64,000 nt of DNA, taken from the NCBI RefSeq assembly GCF_016433145.1, contig NC_058133.1:358659760-358723759 (forward strand). The letters are read 5' to 3'. Positions 12,240 to 24,504 of the stretch are shown piece after piece. Source of the stretch: Gracilinanus agilis. Lineage: Eukaryota. Every line of letters starts with the position of its first letter. Position 1 is the first letter of the stretch. The notes under the pieces are model-generated. The model had not been told where the DNA came from. It ran no database searches and saw only the letters and a program-made list of their open reading frames with translations. The position numbers and the translations under genes were made by a program.

Positions 12240-12550
12240 TGATATTGTTTCCGTGGGGGTAAGGAAGAGCGTAGGAGAGAGAGTGCCTCAATTGTCCTGC
12301 TTGAGTAATTACTTCTCCAAGCCAGCATGCCCAGGTTCCCTCTGGGGGCAGCAGGTAATTCCTGCTTGTTTGTAAGTGCCCAGTGGGCATGGCCTTTGGG
12401 TGACGTCGTAGGCATGTTTATTTCCTGGGATCCGCATCTCGGCAGCAGAGAACATATTCTTGGAGCCAGAGAGGTGTCACTAGTCAGATCCTCTCCAGCT
12501 CCCGGAGGGACATGATGTAAATAGACTCATTTGATATATTGTCGGGTAGA
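12240..12550. promoter_or_regulatory. Candidate enhancer (CRE-like site, p53/p63-family half-site)
   Basis: Unique, CpG-enriched sequence; TGACGTC at 12401-12407; AGGCATGTTT at 12410-12419. Confidence 0.3.
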
Positions 12551-13469
12551 AGGATTTGGGAGTCCTCCCTCCCACTTTCTCTTTGGCTTTGCTCTTTGTT
12601 TAAGTTTGGTAAAAATCACTGAGCCTGCCTTTCACGAAAAAGATAACTTGGCTCCTCTATGATGTGCAGGAGTGTTGTGTGAATTAACGAGTAGAAGACA
12701 TGTAATAATATGTGGCACTTTTGTAGTATTTTGATGATTTCATCTAGAATCTTGCCATCTGGAAATTTGAACATTTACTAGAAAATGGCCAATTTTGGAT
12801 GATACTGAGTCCAATGTGTATTTTAAATGGTTTATACTTTCATTTCATCATGTACTTAGAGATTCTGCTTTAGCCAGGAAGGTTATATATTAAAATATTC
12901 CAATAGAACCCTTATTTAATCAACATGGGGAATTCTTCCAGAAATATAAATCCCTCCCCTCTGTGCCTTCCCATATACATCTACCACACATATGTCACCA
13001 ACATAGACACTACTAAATGTTTTCATTAGATGCTGTCCAAAGAGAAAAATGTGCTGGTGCCCAGCCTTTCTGGATGAACCTTTTTGGATTTAGTGAGACT
13101 GATCCTTGAGTGAGAGTCTATCACCGAGCCTAAAACCTGCACGATACACTGTGGACCTGGTAGGATGTGCCCTCTGAGAACCTGGGTCATAGTCCTGCAT
13201 GATGTAGTCCAAGAGTAGAATTTTAGTGGAAGCAGATGAATACAAATGAATATGACTATAATATGTCTTTTACTATGGAGCTCAGAATTCCATAATTAAT
13301 CCTCAAAATATCAATATTCATTATTAGTGATAATAACCAATGTGGTATAGTGGAAAGAGCTTGGGCATTTAGTATCATTGAGCCTCAGTTTCCTCATCTG
13401 TAACATGGGATAATATTTAATTACCTTTCTCACATTGTGGCAAAAATTCCATGTTGAAAAATGTCTTTT

Positions 13470-13602
13470 TTCTTTTTTTTTTTTAAAAGCCCTTATCTCC
13501 TGACTTAAAATTGATACAAAGTACCAGTTCCAAGCAGAAGAGCAGTAAGAGATAGGCAATTGCGATTAAATGACTTACCCAGGGTCACACAGCTAGGAAG
13601 TT
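13470..13602 (-). mobile_element. SINE1_Mdo-type, 5' truncated
   Basis: T tail, aaagcccttatc...ttccaagcagaagagcagtaag...gacttacccagggtcacacagctaggaagt. Confidence 0.8.
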
Positions 13603-14073
13603 TAAAAATGCTTTTAAAATATGGTTTGTAATTGTTATTTCATGATTAGAGTTGAAACTAGGACTAGGACTTTAAGCCTCATCCTATTATTATTTTTTTT
13701 TATTATGCTACTTTTCAACACATGTTCCACTAAAAATGTGTCCCTTGATTTACTCAGACACTCAAGCAGAGGTCCTGAATCACTCTTCTCTCTGCCGAGG
13801 CTTTTGGTTTACTCTCCAAGGAGGGAGGGAAGGACATTTGGCAAGGACAGTCTTCTTCCCTACACTGCTAGAGGCTTTTCAACATGGAGGTCAGCCTCAG
13901 TGATTTCAAGGATTTGGAAAGATTTCAAGGAATTTCCCTTTACTTGGGAACCTTTGCTGTTGAGCATGTGCTATGGCATGATGGAAGTTATCAGTTCCTA
14001 AGAAAATGTGTGTTTAGTTTTTAACCTCTTCTACAAAGAGAAAATTAGATCCTTTTCTGCTTCCACAACACAG

Positions 14074-14120
14074 GAATTCATTGCCTCCAGACGCATCATC
14101 TTTGCGAGATTAACTGCAAG
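14074..14120 (+). other. Candidate 47-nt internal exon of an unidentified plus-strand transcript
   Basis: Acceptor ccttttctgcttccacaacacag|G, donor AAG|gtatat, two CpGs, purine/pyrimidine balance unlike the flanks. Confidence 0.45.
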
Positions 14121-15254
14121 GTATATAAGTAGCAAAACCTAAGCCGGAAAGTTCTTAGCTAGGGTAGCTTTGAGTTGAAACATTGTGGAAATGTGAAAAA
14201 GATGCCTGGATTTTGAGTCAGAGCACTTGGGTTTAAATCTTGGCTCAGATCTTCTCTTCTTCTTACATATTATTATATATAATATATTATTATTCTCTCC
14301 TGAATTATTTTAGGTAAATCATGTTACTTCTCTGTGCCTCAGATTCCTTATCAATAAAATGGAAGAGGTTGGACTAAAAAGTCTCCTGAGGCTTGTTCTA
14401 GCTGTGAAACAATGAATTCTACTTAGAGAGGATCTAACCTCTTTTATAATACATGCTATTATAGTACTTCTGTGTTCCTGGGTTCTAAGATGCTTTCTAT
14501 GGGAAGAGTGCGAGATATGTTCCTGGGCTTCTAATTCTTCATTAGATTTCTAATTATCATCCCCATCCCATTTTGAGGCCCCCCACTACTCCTCAAAATT
14601 GAAATATCCCATGCTCTGCCATTCCTTGGCTGACCCTCTCAGGGAAGACTGGCCTTGATGGTAAGGGCTAGGACAGCTTTGTTTTTCAAAAGTCAAGTTA
14701 CATTTTATATTTAGTTCTTTAAGGTGATAAGCTGGCAGACTGATTTGAGCTCCCCATCGATAGAGCATGTATGCCTCTCGATGGTTGGGTATCTTGTCTT
14801 GTCTATGATTATATATAAAAAGTATTTGGCAGTTTGGTTTCAAGGTGAAAGCTTGTCCTTGTTCTTCTTCCCCCACTTGGGTAGAAATGATGCCCTAAAC
14901 AGACAAGGCATTGTTTGAACTACAATAAACTCCCTTCCTTTGGGGTTGTTATAAGAAACCCTTGGTGAAATATTTAATTTGTCTCTAAGATTATTATGCA
15001 GCTCGTTGACTCATTAAACAATATATTGAGCTCTGGAGGGTGCTCTTAGGATTCTTACTTTAAAAGTCCAAGATGGAACTTTTCCTCCGTATTTGGCATG
15101 TTCTGTCTGCCAGTCTGCCAACTTTTCTGCACATTGGCCTAAGGAATTGTCCGTTTGCAGATGGACCAGTTTCTATTTGGGGTTCTAAGATGTCTTTTAA
15201 GTAAGGTAAATCTTTTGGGGGAAAAAATCGAGATGTAGATACTCAATATCTGAA

Positions 15255-15590
15255 AAGATTACTTATGATCATTCAAGATTCCTTAGCAGATTGATAGAAT
15301 GATTAAAATAATTGTTCAGTGACCTCTGACCATTGAACATCAGCAGAGACATCAAACTGGCAGAAGTCTGCCCACTGGAAGTATGCTCTACTATGATAGA
15401 GAAGATCCAGGTCAAGAAGAAATTCCTTATGGACAGTGAGGCTCTCCAGATGCTCCTGTTTGGAGATGATATTGTGTTGGTCTCATCAAGCCCAAAGACT
15501 TTGCACACCCTCTTGGAAGAGATCTGTGGTCAGTCAAAATGGAAAAACTAAATGGATGAATAATGTGGATCACCTAGATTTCAACATGCA
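15255..15590 (+). mobile_element. RTE-clade LINE reverse-transcriptase remnant
   Basis: ORF 15333-15551 contains LQMLLFGDDIVLVSSSPKTLHTLLEEI, the (Y/F)ADD catalytic motif region of RTE-type RTs. Confidence 0.8.
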
Positions 15591-15591
15591 T

Positions 15592-15908
15592 TTCACCTTT
15601 TGTCCCCCAGTCTGGAATGCTCTCCCTCCTAATACACAACTCCTAGGTCCCCTGACTTCCCTTGGGTCTTAGCTAAAGGCTAGCAAGTTTTTGCTTAATT
15701 TTGGTGCCTTCCTTCTGAGACAACCTCAATTTGTCACCTCCATCTATATCTTACATGCGTGTGCATAGATATATATCTGTATATCTTGTTTGTACATAGT
15801 TTACATGTCATCTCCCTCACAGACTGATTTTTGTGTCTTTCCCTGGATCACTAGTATTTAGCAGAGTGCCTAACACATAGTAAGAGCTTAATAACTGCTA
15901 GTTGACTG
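15592..15908 (+). mobile_element. L2 3' end
   Basis: ctggaatgctctccctcc...gcagagtgcctaacacatagtaagagcttaataa. Confidence 0.8.
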
Positions 15909-16148
15909 TCTTAATTGACAAACTACCCCATTCTTATTCTTGAAGTATCAGGAGAAATTGAGGGATCCCTTGAGCATTTTGGGAGGATCCCTTCTGGTAA
16001 ACTTTGGACATAGATAATGTTGCATTTTTTTTATCACTGGAGAGAGCTTCTAAATCAATGAGATCAAAGATCCATTTCAGTATATTTTGTGAAAAAATTA
16101 AGCTTTAGATAAAAAGATAAATTGAGGATAGTCCTTTTCAAAGATATA

Positions 16149-17087
16149 CAGATATATCCAGGTTTCCTTTCCACATCACTATTTTCCCTATTGCAGTTCC
16201 TATATATAGAAAGTGGACATAAGAAATTAAATGGGAATTTTGGAGAAGTTTTGCAGAAGCTATACAAAGGCCAGCAGATGACACAGAAGAAGTTTAGAAA
16301 CTCAGAAATGCACAAAACATATGAATTGTTTTGCATCAACATATTTTATCTTTTAGTACAAAAATATACACAATCTCTTTTTTAAAAGTTGAAGTAAGTA
16401 AAAAATTAAAGTTTGTGAAAAGAACACAAAAGCCAGCAGATGACACATAAAGGCTAGAGATGTCTTAAAAAGCCTTGCAGGTCATATGTGCATATAAGGT
16501 ACAGCAAACACCATAAAAGAAAAAGTTCATATTGTGCTGAAAGTAATAATGAACTGGAACAACTTCCAGGAATTGATGCAGAGTGAAAGGAGCAGAACCA
16601 GGAGAACATTGTACATACACTGTGGCACAATCGAATGTAATGGTCTTTTCTTCTAGCAGCAATGCACTGATCCAGGACAATCTTGAGGAACTTATGAGAA
16701 AGAACACTATCCACATCCAGAGAAAGAACTGTGGGAGTAGAAACCCAGAAGAAAAACAACTGCCTGATCACATGGTTCGATGGGGATATGACTGGGGATG
16801 TAGACTCTAAATGATCACCCTAGTACAAATAATAATAATATGGAAATAGGTCTTGATCAACGACACATGTAAAACCCAGTGGAATTGCTTGTTGGCTAAG
16901 GGGAAGGGGGTGGGAGGAGGGGAGGAAAAGAACATGATTCATGGAACCATGGAAAAATATTCCAATTTAATTAAATAAACTTCATTAAAAAAAAGGAAAA
17001 GGTTCAGACTTCTCTGATTTGAAGAGAGGACTAGATTGCAGGGGTGCTGTACCCTTAACCTCCACGATGTAGCTCGAGGGATACCTG
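16149..17087. mobile_element. Tigger-like (TcMar) non-autonomous DNA transposon, interrupted by L1
   Basis: TA dinucleotides flank both ends (16147-48, 17088-89); right end cgagggatacctg reads caggtatccctcg on the other strand, a Tigger-type TIR; left end cagatatatcc is degenerate. Confidence 0.6.
16532..16995 (+). mobile_element. 5'-truncated L1 (ORF2 end plus 3' UTR)
   Basis: Encodes WNNFQELMQSERSRTRRTLY (L1 ORF2 C-terminus); TSD gaaaaagttcata 16519-16531 / gaaaaggttcaga 16996-17008. Confidence 0.9.
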
Positions 17088-17307
17088 TATTCCTTTAAGT
17101 AACTGGATACCCTGATAATTAAAATGAGGTTTGCATGATTAAAAAAAATTCAGCTTATATTCGATTTTGCAGAAAATATGTTTACCATGCAGAGTGAGAT
17201 AAGCCCATATTAATTGATGCATACTCCCAAAGCCACCCTCCCTTCTCCTGTCATAGTTGCTATCAATTAAACCTTCCATCAAACTGGTCAAAAACTAGCA
17301 CACGTTG

Positions 17308-17540
17308 GGCAGTGAGGTGGTCAGTGGATAGAGAGCCAGCCCTGGAGCCTAGAGGGATCCTAGGTTCAAATGTGGCCTCAGATACATTTTAGCTGTGTGA
17401 CCCTGTGCAAATCATTTGACTCCAGTTACTTAGTTTTTACTGCTTTTTTACCTTGGAACCAATGCTTAGTGAATTTCATTGTAAAATAAATTGTAAAGTT
17501 CACTGTAAAACTTTAAAAAAGAAAGTAAGAGTTTTAAAAC
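17308..17540 (+). mobile_element. SINE1_Mdo-type CORE-SINE
   Basis: gggcagtgaggtggtcagtggatagagagccag...ctaggttcaaat...ccttggaaccaat. Confidence 0.8.
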
Positions 17541-18692
17541 AAAAACTAGCAGAAGGAAACCCAGAATGTTAAGGCATCGATGTTTTTATGATGATTGCAA
17601 ATGCCTTGGTCTGCTGGATGGAAACATACAGGCTGGCAGCATCCAGAAAAGGGAGTCTGAATGCGCTCGGACCCCCGGCACACAGCCCTGGGGAGAGCGG
17701 TGGGGGTGGTGTTAGTGCTTCCCAGATTCTGCTGTGCTAGGGTGATTTTCTCCAACTGGGACAAAAACAAACACCTAGTTTGTTCTGGTACAGCTGGAAA
17801 AGTTTGAAGGAACGTGAGAAACTTTGGTGAAAGAGAATTATTATTCTACCTCAGTTTATTTAACATTGACTATGCAAACAATGTTGTAGGCTCCACAGAA
17901 GTACATTGAATTAGAGCTTGGCAGGTTTATAATACAGAACAGGTAGGACATAGAAGACAAAGGGATCACAGACAGAAGGGACATCCCAAGTCTTCTGAGC
18001 CAACCCCTTTATTTTCTAAAGGAGAAAACAGATTCAGACAGGGAAAGGTCATCAGATTTAGTGTTGGAGGCAGAGTTTTGCCTTAAATGAAGGTTACCCC
18101 TCTGCTGCCTTGGGGTCCAAGTCATGTCTCTAAAACTTAACTAGCAGTGGGCAACTCAACTTAACATTCTGCAGGCATTTCTGGGAGACCATAAACTGTA
18201 GGTACCTCGCTCATTGGCATCAATGATGGGGAGGATTGGGGAAGTTGGGGGGCACTTTTCAGAGAAGTACCCCCATGGATGAAATCCTGGGTCCAAATTG
18301 CCCCCCAGGGACGTTCCCCACCCAACCCCCCAATGCTATGATACACAAAGCATTTTTATCCTCAGTGGAAGCTGCTTTGGTTGGGGCTACTTTTGTTTTG
18401 GGGAAGAGGAAGGATGGGATGGTCTCTTGGGCTTAGATAGCCAGCTGCTATTCTCTTTCCAGCTTTTCTCTGGTTCCCTCTTTTTTTAACAGCATTGATG
18501 ATTCATGTAGAAAGAGGGACAGAAAGTAGTAGAGAGACGTGTAGGTTTGTGTCCGAGTTAGACTTTGTGTCCGTTTTCTAGGACACAGTATTATAGCCCA
18601 TGCCTGGGAGACCCTATGACGCATGTTCTTCTCTTAATTCCGAGTCTGGAATTCTTCTGCAGGCAATCCCAGCAAGGCCTGTGTGCTCGAAC

Positions 18693-18747
18693 AAACACAC
18701 ACTCACACTCACACACTCGAACGAACACACACACACACACACACACA
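18693..18747 (+). repeat. Interrupted (CA)n microsatellite
   Basis: cacacactcacactcacacactcgaacgaacacacacacacacacacacac. Confidence 0.9.
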
Positions 18748-19571
18748 GAGGGCATTGTTTACTTCCTTTGGAAAGGCTGGTCAGGACGTTCAGTACCAAG
18801 GAGGCTGATATGCTTGCATAAACACTCCTGCCAGATTTATCTCTCAAGCCTATCTTTCCTTTCCAGTCTTGGAAAGCTATTAATCTGCAAGGGAGGCTTT
18901 TGTTCTTAGAGTGCAGGCATTATTCTCTAATTATTTAGACTTTTACAGGAATCTAGTACAGACTTGCAGGTTCATTTCCATGCAATTTAACCCAGGGCTG
19001 AAAAGTAGCTGTTTGAGAGAAGGGGAGTCAGGCAGGGAGAGCAGGTCTTGTTGGATTCATGGGGCTTGCTTGGGCTTTTAGTTACTGTTCTGGAAGTAAG
19101 CATCATTTCAGAAAGTGGTGTTTTCTTTGAACACTTATCAGAAACTTATGGGACTTTTGGACTGATTATACACTGTTGCCTTGTAAAGTTTGTGTATTGT
19201 TGTGGGAGGGTTAATAGAAAGGTTCCTAATGTGCAAAATGTTTTTTATGTATAAAATGTATAATGTATCAATGTCGTCAAATGGATAAAATTGTATCAAT
19301 GTATTAAATGTACAATAGCTTCCCTATAGAATATAGGATTAGAGGCATAGTCAGCATGGAACATTAAAACTGAGCACTGACTTTGGAGTCTGAGGGACCC
19401 AAGTTCAAATATTGCCTTTTACTGTATGTAGACTTGGCAGGTCACTTCCCCTTTTAGGGTCCCAGTTAACCTTGCTCTCAAAAGGGTAGGGTAGATGGAT
19501 TAGTTGGCCTCCAGCCTTAGAAATCATCTTATTTTAATCTTTAACCATAGAGATCGTCTAGCCTCTAACCT

Positions 19572-19860
19572 TTGTTGTTGTCCAATCGTCTTAGTTGACC
19601 CCAATTAGAGTTGTCTTAGCAAAGATACTGAAGTGGTTTGGCATTTCCTTCTCCAGCTCATTTTACTGGGGTTTCTTGGCAAAGACATTGGCATGGTTGG
19701 CCATTTCCTTCTTCAGCTCCTTTGACAGATGAGGAAATTGAGGTAAATAGCATTAAGTAACTTGTCACACGGCTAATAAGTGTCTAAGGCCAGACTTGAA
19801 CTCCTGAAGATGAGTTTTTCTGATTGCAGGCTCTGGAATCTACTGTATACCTAAGTACCC
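19572..19860 (-). mobile_element. Mar1 CORE-SINE with internal duplication of about 60 bp
   Basis: Segment cttagcaaagatac...ctccagctcatttt occurs twice in tandem. Confidence 0.8.
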
Positions 19861-20990
19861 CAACTTTAGATCCCTTCTAATTAGAATGCCTCATTTATAG
19901 GAGAAGCAGCTGAGATCCAGAGAGAAGTGACTCAACAAGGTCATACAGGTTGGAGGGGAAATAGAAGAGGTAGTGTTTGAATTCAAGTTCTCTTGAATCA
20001 AAATCCACTACTCTTTTTTCCCCATCATATTTGGTTCATATGTGAGTCAATGCCATGGATAATCAAAACAAAATCAAGTTGTCAGTTTAGTAGTGCAAAA
20101 GCGGGTGGGTTTGTTGTTTTTTAACCCCCTATGTTCTCTGTGGCGTGAAGAGAATTCATTCCTAGTTAAAGAGAAAGATCATATCCTATGCCACATTTAA
20201 TCATCATAATGAATCAGAATCTAAACAACCATAATATTGAGAGAGACTTATTGAAGTGTAAATATAAAGTTAAATCTTAAAATTGGAGCTGATGTAATAG
20301 ATTTTAATTGGCCTTTTCTGTTTTTTTTTTACCCAAGTTGGATGAAAGCATTCTGAAAGTTAATAGAGGGAAGGAAAGAACTTAATTTAAATACAAAAAA
20401 TTTTGAAAGGAGAGTTGGATTCCTTACTCTCATATTTGCTTATAATATAGAAACTCACTAAGATCCTTAAATTGCAAACAAGGTCTCTTCATTCATAAAG
20501 GGAATTTCCTCATCTGAGAATTTCTTTATACTAATGAATTCACAGATCTATTTCCTCTCATCTCAATGAAAAATGTGTATATTTTTTAATGTAATAGGAA
20601 TTTTACACCATTTAGATTTGAAAGGGACCACAGAGCCCATCTATTATAGTCACCAAATTTTACAGATGAAGAAACTGTCACCTTGATTTGACCAAGGTCA
20701 CAGAGGTAGTAAACATCTCAAGCAGCCTCAGAACCCAGATCCTGTGACCTAAGTGCCAGTACTTTTTCCCATTATACCATAATCCTTTGCTTTAAATATA
20801 TATCTTCACAGCTGGAAGAGACCTTTGAGGTTTTTAGGTCCTAATCCTCTTACTAGACCAAAAAGGAAACTGAGGCTAAGAGCCTTCCCTTGACAGCACT
20901 TTGACTATATCATGACAGCAAAATGTAGTAGAAGGAGTAATGGATTTGGAGTCAAGAGACCTGGGTTTGAAAAGTTTTAATTCTTCTACT

Positions 20991-21186
20991 GGTGCCATAC
21001 CTGGAGTCAAGAAGATTCATCTTCATGGGGTCAAACCCAGCCTCAGACACTTGGCAGTGGGGTGACCCTGTGCAAGTCACTTAATCATGTTTACTTCAGT
21101 TTCTTCATCTGTCAAATGAACTGGAGAAGGAAATTAGTGAACTGCTCTCGTGTCTTTGGGCCTGAAAAATGACTGAGCAACAAGTA
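20991..21186 (+). mobile_element. Mar1 nested in a MIR-family element
   Basis: Ends ...gactgagcaacaa; TSD cttctact 20983-20990 / 21187-21194. Confidence 0.75.
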
Positions 21187-22072
21187 CTTCTACTTAAAGT
21201 TTTGTGACCTTGACAAGTCACTTAATTATTCTCTTGGTCTCACAGTCCTCATCTGTCAGGTGAAGGGGTAAGACAGTTTTCTAGGGTCTCTTTAACTATA
21301 AGGATTTTATATTTATTTATATTTATATTATTTATTTATATTTAAAGGCTTTAAATATAAGATTCTGTGACCTCTATTACATGATCAGTCACACTAGTAG
21401 GTAGTCTGGATCCACATTTGAACCCAGGACCTTCCATCTCCAGGCCTGGTATTCTATCCACTAAGCCATCTAGCTACCCTGGTCAGTAAATATACTACAT
21501 GCCAGGCACTGTGCTAATGATCCGGCCAGGCTTTCTCTCAAGAAGCTCAAATCTATTCCTTATTGCCTCTAGTGTGCAATACAAACTACCTTGTCATTTA
21601 AAGTACTTCCCAATTTGCTTTGCCTACTTTTTCAGGCTCATTACATAATACTTCCCCTTTACTTGCCTTGGGTTTGTTCCAGCCAGACCTGCCTATTTCT
21701 TGATGCCCCCGGTACAATCCAGTCCTTTTCTGTTGCTTTGGAAGAAAGGAATTCTTCCTTCCTTGAATGGCCATTTTCTTTTAAGACAGCCTCAGTACCT
21801 CCCTTTGCAGAGGGTCTGTTCTGATCTGAATCAGCCCAATTACTTCGTATTTCTGTTTCCATACATTTATAAATGTTGTTTCTGATAGATGGAAAGTTCC
21901 TTGAGGGCAGAAACCATTTCCTTTTTGTTTCTCTCCAGTGCCATCCATACATAGTACAACACCAAGAATGCTGGAGATGCCGAGTGTCTGACAAGTGATG
22001 GATTTAAAAGGTTTACTTCCAATCAGCCACAATCACAGTGTCAATGCCAAATACCTTGTCTTAACACAACAG

Positions 22073-22157
22073 GGTACAATAGGGGAATGGCCAGTCGGGT
22101 TTGTGGTCACAGATGACTTTGTGGCTGGGCCGGAGGATGGAGAAGCAGAGTTAAATG
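22073..22157 (+). other. Candidate 85-nt internal exon of an unidentified plus-strand transcript
   Basis: Branch-point-like cttaac, acceptor cacaacag|G, donor AATG|gtacca, purine-rich body, CpGs; frame 0 open (GTIGEWPVGFVVTDDFVAGPEDGEAELN). Confidence 0.4.
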
Positions 22158-24504
22158 GTACCAGTGTTCTCTGTTAACACGCCAATCTGACAGACAGGAA
22201 TTGCTTTCTTAAGCATTTTTCCTTTGTATGCTCATTGCTACCACTGAAAGTGGTTGAACTTGCCAACCAAAACAACCTATTTTCCTTTTGAGTCCCAAAG
22301 GTGAGAAACTATATTGGGCACTGGAATTTATGGAGAAAAAGGGCAATTTACTTACCATGAGCCAAGTTGAAAACTAGGCAGCAAAAAAGCTTGAGGAAGG
22401 AAAGAGTTGGGTGTGTTTTAAAGAGAGGCAGACAGAAAATTCCTTTCTCTTATGGTTTGCTTTTTTAATGTTTTAAACTGTAATTAAAATTCATTTTAGT
22501 GTTTTCTGAGGTTTTCTGTGTTCTCAGGCTTGGGAGTGGCTGGTTTCCTAAAGGGAATTTGGCTCTTTCATTTACTAACTAGGTTAAAATTTTTATTATG
22601 AAAATGGCATATAACTCCCACACTTTCTCCCTCCCCCCTCTCACTCTTCAGTGAGGAATTGAAACGAGGAAAGGAAAGAAAACCATATCTCAATTATAAA
22701 CTGCTTCATTTAGATGATCAGCTGTGTTGGGATGGGGGGTGGCGGTGGTGTTGTGAGTAAAAACAGTGAGGGGAAACTTAGGAGTCAGTAGCAGCTGTAC
22801 TGTGATATTTCGCTGGAAAACCCAACATTTTAGGGCAGACATTTCCTACAGAAGGGATGGAATCCTAATCTGAAAATACATTTGAAGAGTGGCCAATGTA
22901 CACTGTTTAATCTTTCTGCTCAATCCAGAAAGTCTTCCATTTACAAGCAAGTCTGAGAACATTGAGTTCTAGAAATAGGATTCCTCCCCCGGGGACAGCA
23001 GTGGAATCCCATGTGCTGAAACTGGTGCCCTCCCTTCTCCTCCTTCTCACACCCCAGGCCCCCTCACTTTGTCCTTCCCCCCATCCCTTTCCCCCATAAC
23101 TGTTACTTTTTGATTTGTAAATTCTGGAGGTAGGAAGGAGAGCCATGGGTGTTCAGAACCCAAAGTTCTGAGTAATTATAAAGAGGCATAAGGAGCAGAA
23201 CCCATATTAAACTTAGCCTGAAGTTCACAGTTGGGTCAAGAATTCAGGAAACGGTGCATGAAAAGTTGCCCAGGCACTATTTCCTCATAGCTCTTTAGTG
23301 GCTTGAAATAATAACTTGAGCTCTTGGAAGTAAACAAAACTCAGGTTATAGTCTTCTTTCTCTCTGATTTAAACTCCTCTGGGTTGTTGAACAGGTAAAA
23401 GAAAGAAAAGAAAGGACTGTAAAAGAACAGGGAACCAAATTAAGTAGGCAGCATATTGTGTTTCTGGGGCCAGAGGTTTTGGAAGGGCTCAGGCTAAGGT
23501 ACTAACATTGTGGAAGAAATAACTCCCAAGTAGCTGACTGGAAGGTCAGGAAACTTGGCTGCTAGCATTAGATTCACTGTGACTAGCTCTGTGACCTTGG
23601 GTAAGTCCACTTCACATCTGAACCTTCTGTGTCTCCCTGTTTAAGATAGGAATAACACAGGGTAGCCACAGCACTTATCTGCTATGCCACATAGCTGCCC
23701 AAGTTAGTGGTGGGGTCAGAAAGCCAAGGTTCAGATCTGTGATTTGTTACTGGAGGGAACTCCTGGTATAGAAATACCTTCCAGCAATACATACTGGAAA
23801 CCTTCTAAAAATTGGTAAAACCAAACCCCCAAAGCCCGATCCATTTCTTGACTAAGAAGTGTTAGACTAATTTGCAGAATAAGAAATGATTTTTGGATAT
23901 GGCCCACGTAGGAATGCTTTTTCGTGACTTGTGTTTATGTAATGCAGGAGTTTGTATTTCTTTCTTTTTCCCCCAGTGGATTACAAGTCGGAAAAAAAAT
24001 GAGTGCTGGATAACTGAAAATAATAAAAAATTTTAAAAGAATTTATTATAATCTTACCAGTCTTACTTAGGATACTAAAATGATAAGTGATTTGCCCAGG
24101 GTCTTCACAACTAATATGTGTCACAGGTGGGGTTTGACCCCATGTTTTCCTGGGTCTAGTACTGGACTAATGAGGCATTTAGGTGGCATAGTAAATAAGA
24201 GTGCTAGACATGGAGGTAGGAAAATCTGGGTTGAAATCCAGCCTCAGACACCTACCAGCTGTGTGCCCTGGACGAGTCACTTAACCTCTGCCTTCCTCAA
24301 TTCATAAACATTTATTAAATACCTACTATGTGCCATGAACTGTGCCAACTGCCTCAGTTCTCTCAACTGTAAAATGGGGATTATAATAGCATCCACCTTC
24401 CAAGGTTGTTGTGAGGAACAAATATGTTTGTAAGTACTTAGCTTAATGCCCAGGTTACGAAATGCTTGATCCCTTCTCTAATATCCATTTTTTCCTACTA
24501 TTTT

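Noticed and set aside
13884-14024. 46-aa ORF MEVSLSDFKDLERFQ... with a good Kozak context (caacATGG)
   Set aside because: Length expected by chance, no recognisable homology and no promoter or splice support; only noted as lying just upstream of the 14074 exon candidate.
18161-18346. Pro/Ser-rich minus-strand ORF ending GLPEMPAEC
   Set aside because: Arises from G/C-run-rich sequence; no acceptor and no recognised protein.
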